IMG/VR virus record: IMGVR_UViG_3300037047_000216
Span: 10,078 to 74,077 of that record
DNA length: 64,000 nucleotides
Reading direction: 5' to 3' (one strand)
Origin: a virus
Lineage: Duplodnaviria > Caudoviricetes
Shown here: positions 26,666 to 34,048 of the stretch, piece by piece
Numbering within the stretch: the first letter of the stretch is position 1
How the letters are laid out: each line of letters begins with the position of its first letter
The notes under the pieces: model-generated
Told to the model about the DNA's origin: nothing
What the model saw: only the letters and a program-made list of their open reading frames with translations
Databases searched by the model: none
Position numbers and translations under genes: made by a program

Positions 26666-28588
26666 TTACAGCTGGAGGAGCGGGGTGTCCAGGATCTCCT
26701 GGATCAGCGTTTTGCGCGGCTGCGCGGCGGGCGTGGCACGGCGAGCCATCGAAACCGGCGTCGACGCGATGAGGTTGCGCAGCGTGCGGGTGATCGCGTA
26801 GGGGTCGCTGAACAGCGACTCCTCGATCGTGAGGCACGGGATCCCCATCTGCTGGGCCGTCCAGCGGACGATCTCGCCGTTCTCCCCCGGAACTTTCAGG
26901 AGCCCGAAAGCTCCGGGCGTCACCCCGTAGGTGCGGAACACTTCGATCATCCGCTGGTTGTTGTACTCGCCCTCGTCTCCGACGAACAGGAACAGCGCAT
27001 CCTCATCCGGACCCGGCTTGTGCGTCCGGAGCAACACCTCGACGCCAGCGGCGTAACACGTGCTGCCACCCGCGTTGAACCTCGAGAACGCGTTCTCCAC
27101 GCCCGCCGAGGTCGGTGCCTTCAGCGTAACTTCGACCCCGATCGAGTCAAACACGCTGATGTGGGTACGGTCGGTCGGGAACCCTCCGAGGAACCGAGTC
27201 AAGTACTCTTTGGCCTTCGCGATTGCCGTATGCATCGATCCGGACTTGTCGATCACCCAGTAGACACGCATGCCCCGGGTGGCTTCCTCCATCACACGCG
27301 CCGTAGCCTTGTCCGCTGCTTCCTGGAGGGCTGCTACGTTTTCGGTTTTCCGGACACGCAAAGCGACGTTCGCTGCCCGCTGGTTGGTGGCAGTCGCCCG
27401 CGCCACGGCCACCTTAGCGGCGACCGACGGCACCTTGAGTACGTCCAGTTCCTCCAGCAGCGCGTAGTGGATGATCATGTCCGCGTTGGACATGCACCCG
27501 TTCTCGATCGCTGCGACCGTGATGGCGCACGTCAGCCCTCCCCGGTAGCCGTTCGCCGGGGTTTTCACGTCCGCAGGCAGCGGGGCCGGGAGCATGCCCA
27601 CGATGCGCTTCCAGTTCGGCTTGTCCTTCTCGATCCGGTTGCCGATCTCGGTCTCGGACAGGCCCACCCAGGACTCTGCCACCTTGACAGCGGCTCCGAT
27701 CGCCAGTGCCCGGCGTCCGTCCGCGGCCTGAACCTGCTTCCAGCGCAGCACCTCGAAGAACCTCGCCGTGAGCGGTTTGAAACCGATCCGGCGTGCGAGT
27801 TCCATGATGGTCGTACGCCACCCGCTCTTGACGTCGCGCTCCAGTACCTTCGGGTTCAGTTCCCGATTGCGCAGCCACTTCTCGACGGCTTTCGGGTAGC
27901 GCCCGAGGAACGCCGACCGCGCGGAACGGCCGAAACCGAGTTCCCGGTTGATGGCCGCGATGCCCGGCAGTTCGAGGAACTTTCCGACTCGGAGCAGAAG
28001 CTTCGCGTCGAATCCGGTTTTTCCGCGCAGGAGGCACATGGCCTCCCCGACGGTCCTGAAGTCGTCATCGAGGAATTCGACGGTTCCGTCGGCGCCCCGC
28101 ACGGGCTCTCCTGTCCGATTCTGAACGAGCAGGAATGCGGCGAGCACGACTTTCAGGTCACGGTGTTCCCGTGCCCATGCCCACGAGGCCCAGTGTGCGA
28201 CGAACTCATTGTCCGACTTGAAAACCTCTGCGACCTGTCGGTACATCCAGATCGCGACCTCCGGGAAGAACCCAGAGGTGCGGTACTGGCCGATGACACG
28301 GTTCCCGTCCCTGATGGCCCCGTCATCTCCGAGGACGCCGATGCGCGTACGGATTTTCCGCATCTTGCCCCGTCCCGCGGGAACCTGTTCCTCGCGGTAC
28401 ACGTTCTTCTGCCCGTCCTCCAGTTTCCAGGAGCACGGTTGCCACTTCACGCCGATGTTGGCGCTCGGGTCGGGAGTGATGTAGCCTGGACGATTGTGAA
28501 TCAGGTGGTCGAGGTACTGCGCCACCGTGTTGACGATGCGCTCGGCCGGGCCGAGGGTTTCCAGACGTTCCCGAGAGACGGCGACCAT
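26666..28588 (-). CDS. Large protein with C-terminal vWA domain (possible divergent TROVE/Ro60-like)
   Basis: MIDAS VIDKSGSM, GGST, FVGDEGE; helical N-terminal 440 aa. Confidence 0.7.
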   Translation of the reverse strand: MVAVSRERLETLGPAERIVNTVAQYLDHLIHNRPGYITPDPSANIGVKWQPCSWKLEDGQKNVYREEQVPAGRGKMRKIRTRIGVLGDDGAIRDGNRVIGQYRTSGFFPEVAIWMYRQVAEVFKSDNEFVAHWASWAWAREHRDLKVVLAAFLLVQNRTGEPVRGADGTVEFLDDDFRTVGEAMCLLRGKTGFDAKLLLRVGKFLELPGIAAINRELGFGRSARSAFLGRYPKAVEKWLRNRELNPKVLERDVKSGWRTTIMELARRIGFKPLTARFFEVLRWKQVQAADGRRALAIGAAVKVAESWVGLSETEIGNRIEKDKPNWKRIVGMLPAPLPADVKTPANGYRGGLTCAITVAAIENGCMSNADMIIHYALLEELDVLKVPSVAAKVAVARATATNQRAANVALRVRKTENVAALQEAADKATARVMEEATRGMRVYWVIDKSGSMHTAIAKAKEYLTRFLGGFPTDRTHISVFDSIGVEVTLKAPTSAGVENAFSRFNAGGSTCYAAGVEVLLRTHKPGPDEDALFLFVGDEGEYNNQRMIEVFRTYGVTPGAFGLLKVPGENGEIVRWTAQQMGIPCLTIEESLFSDPYAITRTLRNLIASTPVSMARRATPAAQPRKTLIQEILDTPLLQL

Positions 28589-28737
28589 GGGATCCTCCTA
28601 CGTCGCCCCGCAGCGCACAGCGAAGAAGCACAGCCACGGGAGAGCCTTCGCTTGTAGGCTCGGGTTAAATTGCCCCCTGTTTACAGGGACGAGTTCGAGA
28701 GCAGACGCAAATGCGTCGCTCCCCCGTGTACGGTTAG

Positions 28738-28765
28738 CTACTCGATTTCGGGATCTGATGATCCC
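28738..28765 (-). promoter_or_regulatory. Phage promoter motif
   Basis: Exact motif copy. Confidence 0.7.
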
Positions 28766-28815
28766 AGAGGAGGGAAAAAGGATCAGGAACACGAGTTGCG
28801 AAGCTGGTTACAAGG

Positions 28816-28888
28816 TGCAGAAAGTCGGACTTGAACCGACGACACACAGCTTACAAGGCTATTGCCCTACCAACTGGGCTATTTCCGC
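28816..28888 (-). tRNA. tRNA-Thr(TGT)
   Basis: Cloverleaf; loop CTTGTAA; acceptor has G3-U70. Confidence 0.85.
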
Positions 28889-28889
28889 G

Positions 28890-29280
28890 TGTAGGCTCCG
28901 ACGAGTGTGTTCCTGATTTTTGATGGAAGGGTTGCGGGGACGGGTTCCATCACCAAGCGGGTACTTATGAGGGGGCACCCTGCTGATCCTCGGGATCGCG
29001 CAAGCGCAAGCACCTAGATCAGCGGCTCCCGAGGGAGCCTCCTGGATCACAGAACACTGGGTTCTGGTGCCGTCCCGCAGGTGTTTCACTGCGGAAACAC
29101 GGAACCCGACCCCGCAATTGGGCTTGGATGCGCGAGAGGACAGGCGTTACTTGCGACACCCCTATGGTCGAGGTGAGAGGGTTTCCCCTCTCATGCTTGT
29201 GTGCCAGTCCATTTGCGCACCCAAAACTGGTTTTCAAAAGGTTGGGAACACGCGAGGCGGCAAGCTTTGGTTTCCCGCCC
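28890..29280 (-). ncRNA. Candidate large structured ncRNA (about 390 nt)
   Basis: Many hairpins (TGAGAGGG-GAAA-CCCTCTCA etc.) and a long-range 16-bp pairing TTGCGGGG-T-CGGGTTCC / GGAACCCG-T-CCCCGCAA. Confidence 0.55.
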
Positions 29281-29288
29281 GCCGGGCG

Positions 29289-29362
29289 GGAGTGGAACCG
29301 GAATCGCACCGGCAACCTTCAGCTTGGTAGGCTGACGCTCTATCTAATTGAGCTATCCTTGT
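29289..29362 (-). pseudogene. Degenerate tRNA-Gly(ACC)-like sequence
   Basis: D and anticodon arms intact (loop CTACCAA); T-loop TGCGATT; acceptor pairs only 3 bp. Confidence 0.6.
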
Positions 29363-29389
29363 TAGCTCGCCTGTTTGCGTGCACCCGAG

Positions 29390-29461
29390 CGCAGACGCCA
29401 GGAGTCGAACCTGGGTGTACCGACGTTAGCTTCCGCCTAGGTAACAGAAGCCCTCGTCTGC
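29390..29461 (-). ncRNA. tRNA-like RNA lacking a D-arm
   Basis: Acceptor GCAGACG/CGTCTGC, T-arm CCAGG-TTCGACT-CCTGG, single central hairpin. Confidence 0.55.
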
Positions 29462-29500
29462 AAAAAATGAGCGCGCGAGAAGACATGCTTTTTACAATGT

Positions 29501-29573
29501 CGGCAGGAGCCGGGGTTGAACCGGCGACCTTCAGTTCCTTAAACTGACGCTCAACCAACTGAGCTATCTTGCC
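29501..29573 (-). tRNA. Atypical tRNA with AAG (Leu) anticodon and short variable loop
   Basis: Cloverleaf; arm TCAGT-TTAAGGA-ACTGA; one acceptor mismatch. Confidence 0.7.
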
Positions 29574-29601
29574 TTGTAGGCACGTCAGTTTGCGCGCTCA
29601 C

Positions 29602-29738
29602 TGGGGGAGGGGCCGGGAGTTGCACCCGAACTTGTGTGCTCTGCGGGTTTGTCCCCGACGAGGACGAGGAGCAAAGCGTGTTTGCTTTGTGCTTGCTTTC
29701 AACGGGCAAGTGCCATTCTGCATGGCGACTCCCCTCCC
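29602..29738 (-). ncRNA. 137-nt tRNA-like RNA with 8-bp acceptor (or G-1:C73 plus CCA) and expanded variable region
   Basis: GGGAGGGG/CCCCTCCC-CCA; D-stem GCCAT/ATGGC; T-loop TGCAACT; 9-nt loop in the anticodon-arm position. Confidence 0.6.
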
Positions 29739-29796
29739 ATACTTTTCAAACCTGAAGAACCTAACAGGTTTTCAGGGGCACTTCGGAACAGGGAAA

Positions 29797-29825
29797 AGGT
29801 TACTCTTTGCGATGCTCCCTGTCAA
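29797..29825 (-). promoter_or_regulatory. Sigma70-like promoter TTGACA-N17-TAACCT
   Basis: Consensus match upstream of the atypical tRNA-like group. Confidence 0.55.
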
Positions 29826-29836
29826 GGACTTTTTTG

Positions 29837-29909
29837 AGCGGGCGAGGGGACTCGAACCCCCGGTCTTCGGCATGGCAAGCCGACGCTCTACCAACTGAGC
29901 TACACCCGC
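29837..29909 (-). tRNA. tRNA-Gly(GCC)
   Basis: Cloverleaf; loop TTGCCAT. Confidence 0.9.
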
Positions 29910-29957
29910 AAAGAGGACCTCGTAGTGGGTACTGTCCCACAAAAGAAGGAGGATCTC

Positions 29958-30758
29958 ATGTACGTTTTCCAGATCTTGCAGCAAGGTGATGAAGGTGTCG
30001 AGGTAAAGCACCTGCAACGAACTTTGCCCGCGTGGTGTTGGGGCAGTCCCGTCACAGCAAGCAGCATTGACGGGAAGTTCGGGTCGAAAACCCGAGCCGC
30101 GGTCACCACCTTCCAGGAGGCTCGCGGACTGCCCGGTGACGGCATTGCAGGTCCGGAGACCTGCCGTCAGCTCGGCATCTGGGCAGAGGTCATCCCGGGG
30201 ATCGATGTCTCCGACCACCAGGGGAACATTGACTGGCCCGCAGTCACCGGCGTGAAGTTTGTTTACTGCAAGGCGACCGAGGGCAAGACGTTCCAGGCGG
30301 CCTCTTTCGGTGCCAACTATGCTGGGGCTCGTGCCCGCGGTTTCCTGACCGGCGCTTACCACTTCGCTCGCGGAGGGAACACCCCGCACGAGGAGGTGGA
30401 AAACTTTTTGTCCGTCGTGACCGGACCCTGCGACCTGCCCGCGGCCCTCGATGTCGAGGGGGAATTCGCTCTGTCCGGTAAGGCAGGCGTTGCCTGGATC
30501 CTGGCTTGGCTGGAAGAGATCGAACGCCGGACCGGCGACCGCCCCGTACTTTACACCAGCAGCCGTGTCGTGAAGCTGAAAAACCTGACTGCAGAATCCG
30601 GCCTGGAGAAGTACAAGGTTTGGTTTCCCAAGTACGGCGACCAGCCCGAGACAGTTGTCCCTTGGGACAACTGGTGGATCTGGCAGTACTCCAGTTCCGG
30701 GACTGTCCCGGGTGTTCCCACCCGGGTTGACCAGAACTGGATGTGCATCTCAAAATAG
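29958..30758 (+). CDS. Endolysin: peptidoglycan-binding domain plus GH25 muramidase
   Basis: IDGKFGSKTRAAVTTFQEARGL..DGIAGPET; GIDVSDHQG, KATEG, GAYHFA, ALDVE, WQYSS. Confidence 0.9.
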   Translation: MYVFQILQQGDEGVEVKHLQRTLPAWCWGSPVTASSIDGKFGSKTRAAVTTFQEARGLPGDGIAGPETCRQLGIWAEVIPGIDVSDHQGNIDWPAVTGVKFVYCKATEGKTFQAASFGANYAGARARGFLTGAYHFARGGNTPHEEVENFLSVVTGPCDLPAALDVEGEFALSGKAGVAWILAWLEEIERRTGDRPVLYTSSRVVKLKNLTAESGLEKYKVWFPKYGDQPETVVPWDNWWIWQYSSSGTVPGVPTRVDQNWMCISK

Positions 30759-30988
30759 GTACTTGTTCGGACTTAGTGGGCAGAGCCGTCAAGGGGTACC
30801 AGAACCGCTCCCTCTCTCCGCCTTTGGGATTAGACTCGGCCGGGTCCCCTGTAACGGGGCTGCCCCATGTGGCCGAGGGGCTTTAATCGAATGCGGAGGA
30901 GCACCTGACGGATGAACCCCACTGGACAACGGGTTACGGGACATGGTGCTGGGTCGCCTCCCGTCTTACGTATCCAGGGTCAGTACCT
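30757..30988 (-). ncRNA. Candidate rod-like structured RNA (about 230 nt); strand inferred
   Basis: Nested stems AGGTACT/AGTACCT, AGTGGG/CCCACT, CCGTCA/TGACGG, TCCGC/GCGGA, CTCGGCC/GGCCGAG. Confidence 0.4.
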
Positions 30989-31035
30989 TTTCAGCCCCGT
31001 GCCTGAGTCTGCCGGACGACGGGGCACCCTATTTG

Positions 31036-31357
31036 TGGGCTCAGAGGGACTCGAACCCTCGACCACCCGATTACTTACCGCACCGGGTTTCCCCGGCCCT
31101 ATTGGTTGCGGTCTGGACCATATCTTCACCCGCGAGTAATTACCCGGTAGGGTGCTCGGCGTATGGCCTCTGAGGACTCTCCCTTTTCAGGGGTTGCCTG
31201 CTGATTGCCCAATCTTTCCGATTTTCACTGCCCACTGGTGGCGAGTACGGAAAGCTCTAAGGGTGTTCCAGCATACAGCCGAGTTTTCACCCGTCCCTTT
31301 CAGGACGGGGCTCCCATCACCAAAAGTCGGATGCTCTACCAACTGAGCTATGAGCCC
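31036..31357 (-). tRNA. tRNA-Lys(TTT) split by a group I intron (exons 31323..31357 and 31036..31073)
   Basis: Joined exons give arm TCCGA-CTTTTAA-TCGGG. Confidence 0.9.
31074..31322 (-). mobile_element. Group I intron (249 nt, no ORF)
   Basis: Q AATCAGCAG, R TCAGAGGCCATA, S AAGATATGGTCC with covarying P7; terminal G. Confidence 0.85.
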
Positions 31358-31391
31358 GAAACTACTACCCTTTTACTTGTCACAGAACCTA

Positions 31392-31538
31392 GGGCTAGCG
31401 GTCGGATTCGAACCGACATCCGCGGGAGCATCAACATCGGCCGTCACGCAGCGTAAGCCACGAAGGTGTTGCAAGCAACAACCAGACGCGATGTCCCGGC
31501 CTCTTTCCTCCCCTTTGGGGTTGAGGTACTCGCCAACC
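31392..31538 (-). ncRNA. 147-nt tRNA-like RNA with elongated central arm
   Basis: GGTTGGCG/CGCTAGCC terminal stem; T-arm GTCGG-TTCGAAT-CCGAC; follows promoter motif 31565. Confidence 0.55.
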
Positions 31539-31564
31539 GTCAACGGGTTTCCCCGTGGATCATC

Positions 31565-31592
31565 CTACTCCGAATCCGCGAAGGATGATCCC
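31565..31592 (-). promoter_or_regulatory. Phage promoter motif
   Basis: Exact motif copy. Confidence 0.7.
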
Positions 31593-31599
31593 ATTTTTG

Positions 31600-31673
31600 T
31601 GTCCTCGGCCGGATTTGAACCGGCGACCCCATGCTTAGGAGGCATGCGCTCTGTCCAACTGAGCTACGAGGAC
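31600..31673 (-). tRNA. tRNA-Arg(CCT)
   Basis: Cloverleaf; loop CTCCTAA. Confidence 0.9.
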
Positions 31674-31694
31674 CCCGGAAACTCCCGGATCTAG

Positions 31695-31722
31695 CTACTC
31701 GGATTCGGGGGCACATGATCCT
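31695..31722 (-). promoter_or_regulatory. Phage promoter motif (variant AGGATCAT)
   Basis: Motif copy. Confidence 0.65.
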
Positions 31723-31769
31723 GGTTTTTAGGATATGTCGAACTCCGAACAACACGGAATAGGAGATGA

Positions 31770-31794
31770 TACCCCTGGAGGGATTTGAACCCCC
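31770..31794 (-). pseudogene. 3' tRNA half (T-arm plus acceptor strand); partner 5' half at 32456..32476
   Basis: GGGGG-TTCAAAT-CCCTC-CAGGGGT-A can pair with GCCTCTG. Confidence 0.5.
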
Positions 31795-31833
31795 CTTGGC
31801 AATAGTCATCCTTTAGGTTCAGTTCTAATGTAA

Positions 31834-31911
31834 GGCGGGCGGGGGGAATCGAACCCCCATGTGTCCTAATTACGCTTTCAACAGGGTAGAAGCCTGAGGC
31901 GATACGCCCGC
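31834..31911 (-). ncRNA. Rearranged tRNA-like RNA (TCT anticodon-like loop, no canonical D-arm)
   Basis: GCGGGCG/CGCCCGC acceptor, CAGG-CTTCTAC-CCTG arm, T-arm GGGGG-TTCGATT-CCCCC. Confidence 0.6.
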
Positions 31912-31922
31912 ATGAGGTTTTT

Positions 31923-32465
31923 ATGGACTTTACATGTTACAATTGTGCATCCGTTTTTCAAAGAAACCCTTCGCAAGTCCGTTCTGAAAAAACATTTTGT
32001 TCACGGTCTTGCGCTGTCACATATCATAACCGCAGGAAACCTAAAAGATCCGTTCAGGGTATTTGTGCAACGTGCGGGACCCCGGTCCCTGTCAGGCTCA
32101 GAAAATGTTTGGATTGTCGAGCGTCCCAAAGTGCCAAAAAACGCTCCCTGACCCTAAAAGAAACGCATGACCGTTTTTCCGTGAAGGGAAAACATCGGTC
32201 CTGGGTCAATTCTAACGTCCGCAATCTGTGCCGGAGTTGGAACTCGTCACTGCAGAAACAACCTTGTCAGAAATGTGGGTATTCACTTCATGTTGAGTTT
32301 TGTCATATCCAACCCATTACGGCTTTCCCAGAGGAAACGGAGTTGGCCGTGATCAATGACCCCTCTAACATTATTGTGCTCTGCCGAAATTGTCATTGGG
32401 AGTTTGATCATGGTCTGTTGAAGTTAGACGAGATCCAACCTAGAGCACTGCAAGGTACCAACTGA
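31923..32465 (+). CDS. HNH homing-type endonuclease with zinc fingers, antisense to the tRNA cluster
   Basis: FCSRSC; CQKCGY...FCHIQP...NIIVLCRNCHWEFD. Confidence 0.85.
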   Translation: MDFTCYNCASVFQRNPSQVRSEKTFCSRSCAVTYHNRRKPKRSVQGICATCGTPVPVRLRKCLDCRASQSAKKRSLTLKETHDRFSVKGKHRSWVNSNVRNLCRSWNSSLQKQPCQKCGYSLHVEFCHIQPITAFPEETELAVINDPSNIIVLCRNCHWEFDHGLLKLDEIQPRALQGTN

Positions 32466-32476
32466 GCTACAGAGGC
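32456..32476 (-). pseudogene. 5' tRNA half truncated by the HNH insertion
   Basis: GCCTCTGTAGCTCAGTTGGTA followed directly by HNH antisense sequence. Confidence 0.5.
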
Positions 32477-32481
32477 ACAAG

Positions 32482-32555
32482 TGGGCGCGGCTGGAGTTGA
32501 ACCAGCGACCCCCTGCATGTCACGCAGGTACTCTAACCAACTGAGCTACGCGCCC
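32482..32555 (-). tRNA. tRNA-Val(GAC)
   Basis: Cloverleaf; loop GTGACAT. Confidence 0.9.
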
Positions 32556-32845
32556 GATCCTCTCATGACATCCGAGATGAGTGTTCTCTCGGAATCCCCG
32601 AACACAAAATGCGTATCCCTCCCGTGCGAAAACACCCAGATCAGACCATCCTGGTCGACATCTCCATCGGTGTCCCACAGGTCTCTGGTGTCTCTGTTCC
32701 GGAAAGCGAAAAACCCACTCAGGCTGAGTGTGTCCGGTTCGTAGTGAACCTCCGGCCACACACGAGCTAGATTCTGCTGGATGACCGTCTTGCGAGGCTC
32801 ATCCAAAGGACCCTCCCAAATTGCGTCACGACCTCCGATACCCAT
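32546..32845 (-). CDS. Hypothetical protein
   Basis: GGAG before MGIGGRD; stop overlaps the tRNA-Val 5' end. Confidence 0.5.
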   Translation of the reverse strand: MGIGGRDAIWEGPLDEPRKTVIQQNLARVWPEVHYEPDTLSLSGFFAFRNRDTRDLWDTDGDVDQDGLIWVFSHGRDTHFVFGDSERTLISDVMRGSGA

Positions 32846-32858
32846 ATCATCTCCACGG

Positions 32859-32933
32859 TGAGGGCGGCGGGGATCGAACCCGCGTTTAGGCAGATTAAGA
32901 GTCTGCTGCAAAGCCAACGTTTGCTACGCCCCC
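32859..32933 (-). tRNA. tRNA-Lys(CTT)
   Basis: Cloverleaf; loop CTCTTAA; atypical D-arm GCAA/TTGC. Confidence 0.8.
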
Positions 32934-33220
32934 TTGTCTTCCTGCTGGGGTTTGCGGAATTCCGGCAGGATCTCTTCCAGGGATACCAGCGCGTGTAGGA
33001 TACGATCCCGTAGGACATCTCGGTTCTGGAATCGATCCCATTTCTCTACAACAACCCGTAGGGTACGGACGGAGCGGATCACCCCAATCGAGATCTGGTG
33101 CTTGTCATGTTTCAAGTTTTGAACAAGGATTCGGGAGTTTCGTTCCCGCCGAAGCGCGAACAAGAGCATCACCCCGAACACGACCGTGCTGAGACAACCA
33201 AGGAGTGCTAAGGTAACCAT
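32924..33220 (-). CDS. Hypothetical membrane-anchored protein
   Basis: N-terminal hydrophobic helix; GGAGG upstream. Confidence 0.55.
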   Translation of the reverse strand: MVTLALLGCLSTVVFGVMLLFALRRERNSRILVQNLKHDKHQISIGVIRSVRTLRVVVEKWDRFQNRDVLRDRILHALVSLEEILPEFRKPQQEDKGA

Positions 33221-33508
33221 GTTGCACCTCCGTCCCTTTGATGGGATGGAGGGATTGAAAGACTAGCGAGGAATTAGAACTCGCACTCCTCGGCATCGTA
33301 CCACGTTTCGAAGCGACCAGGAAAACGTACCCGGAAGCACAGACCGTGGGAGTCGGAGTAGTCCGTGACTAGCCCGCGACATTCATCCACGACCTCTTTT
33401 ATGGAAACTGGGAGCCCATCAGCGGTGGATCGGCGCCGCTACCCAGGTGCTCTCCCTGGGCCTCAACTACAGTTCCCTACAAAAGAGCTTTCGGGAACCT
33501 GATGGACT

Positions 33509-33582
33509 TGGCGAGGGCGAGGGGACTCGAACCCCCCTTACGTGATAGACAGTCACGCGCCTTCCCTGATGGCTACGCCCCC
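33509..33582 (-). tRNA. tRNA-Asp(GTC), CCA encoded
   Basis: Cloverleaf; loop CTGTCTA. Confidence 0.85.
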
Positions 33583-33626
33583 ACAGCCGGAACCCCCGAG
33601 GGGGATCCGACGCTCCCCCCTGGCTG

Positions 33627-33959
33627 TTACCCCAAACGGGAGATGATCAACGATTCGATTGCGGACGCGAAATCGGCTCCGTAGGATCCGAAGTCACGTC
33701 CGTTCTCCAGCCGGAACTGGAGATCCCTCCAGGTCGTCATCTCCGGCTCCCACTGGTTCTCCAAGCCGTAGCAGGAGCAGTGGTAGCCGTGGACCTCATA
33801 CAACAGCCCACAACGCTCGAAGAGTACGAAAGCGTAACCCTCGTAACTCGGAATGTCGTAAGCCGCGATGAGGACGTTGACATCCTGGAGGACGTCCTCG
33901 CTGATCTGGAACTCGCGGATGATGTCGTCGTTGGACTCGAAGTTACCGAAGTAGCTCAT
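33627..33959 (-). CDS. Hypothetical phage protein
   Basis: GAGGAGG before MSYFG; YEVHGYHCSCYGLE motif. Confidence 0.7.
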   Translation of the reverse strand: MSYFGNFESNDDIIREFQISEDVLQDVNVLIAAYDIPSYEGYAFVLFERCGLLYEVHGYHCSCYGLENQWEPEMTTWRDLQFRLENGRDFGSYGADFASAIESLIISRLG

Positions 33960-34048
33960 GGGATCCTCCTCTAGTTTGGAACACGCAAGTCCCTTACGAG
34001 GGAGGCCCAACGACTCAACCTCCGTGACTTCCAAGGAACCGATCTAAC

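Noticed and set aside
29602-29738. Selenocysteine tRNA (selC)
   Set aside because: An 8/5 fold is possible, but there is no TCA anticodon and no sel genes in the window
30757-30988. SRP RNA or a second group I intron
   Set aside because: No SRP helix 8 motif, no P7 R/S elements and no flanking exons
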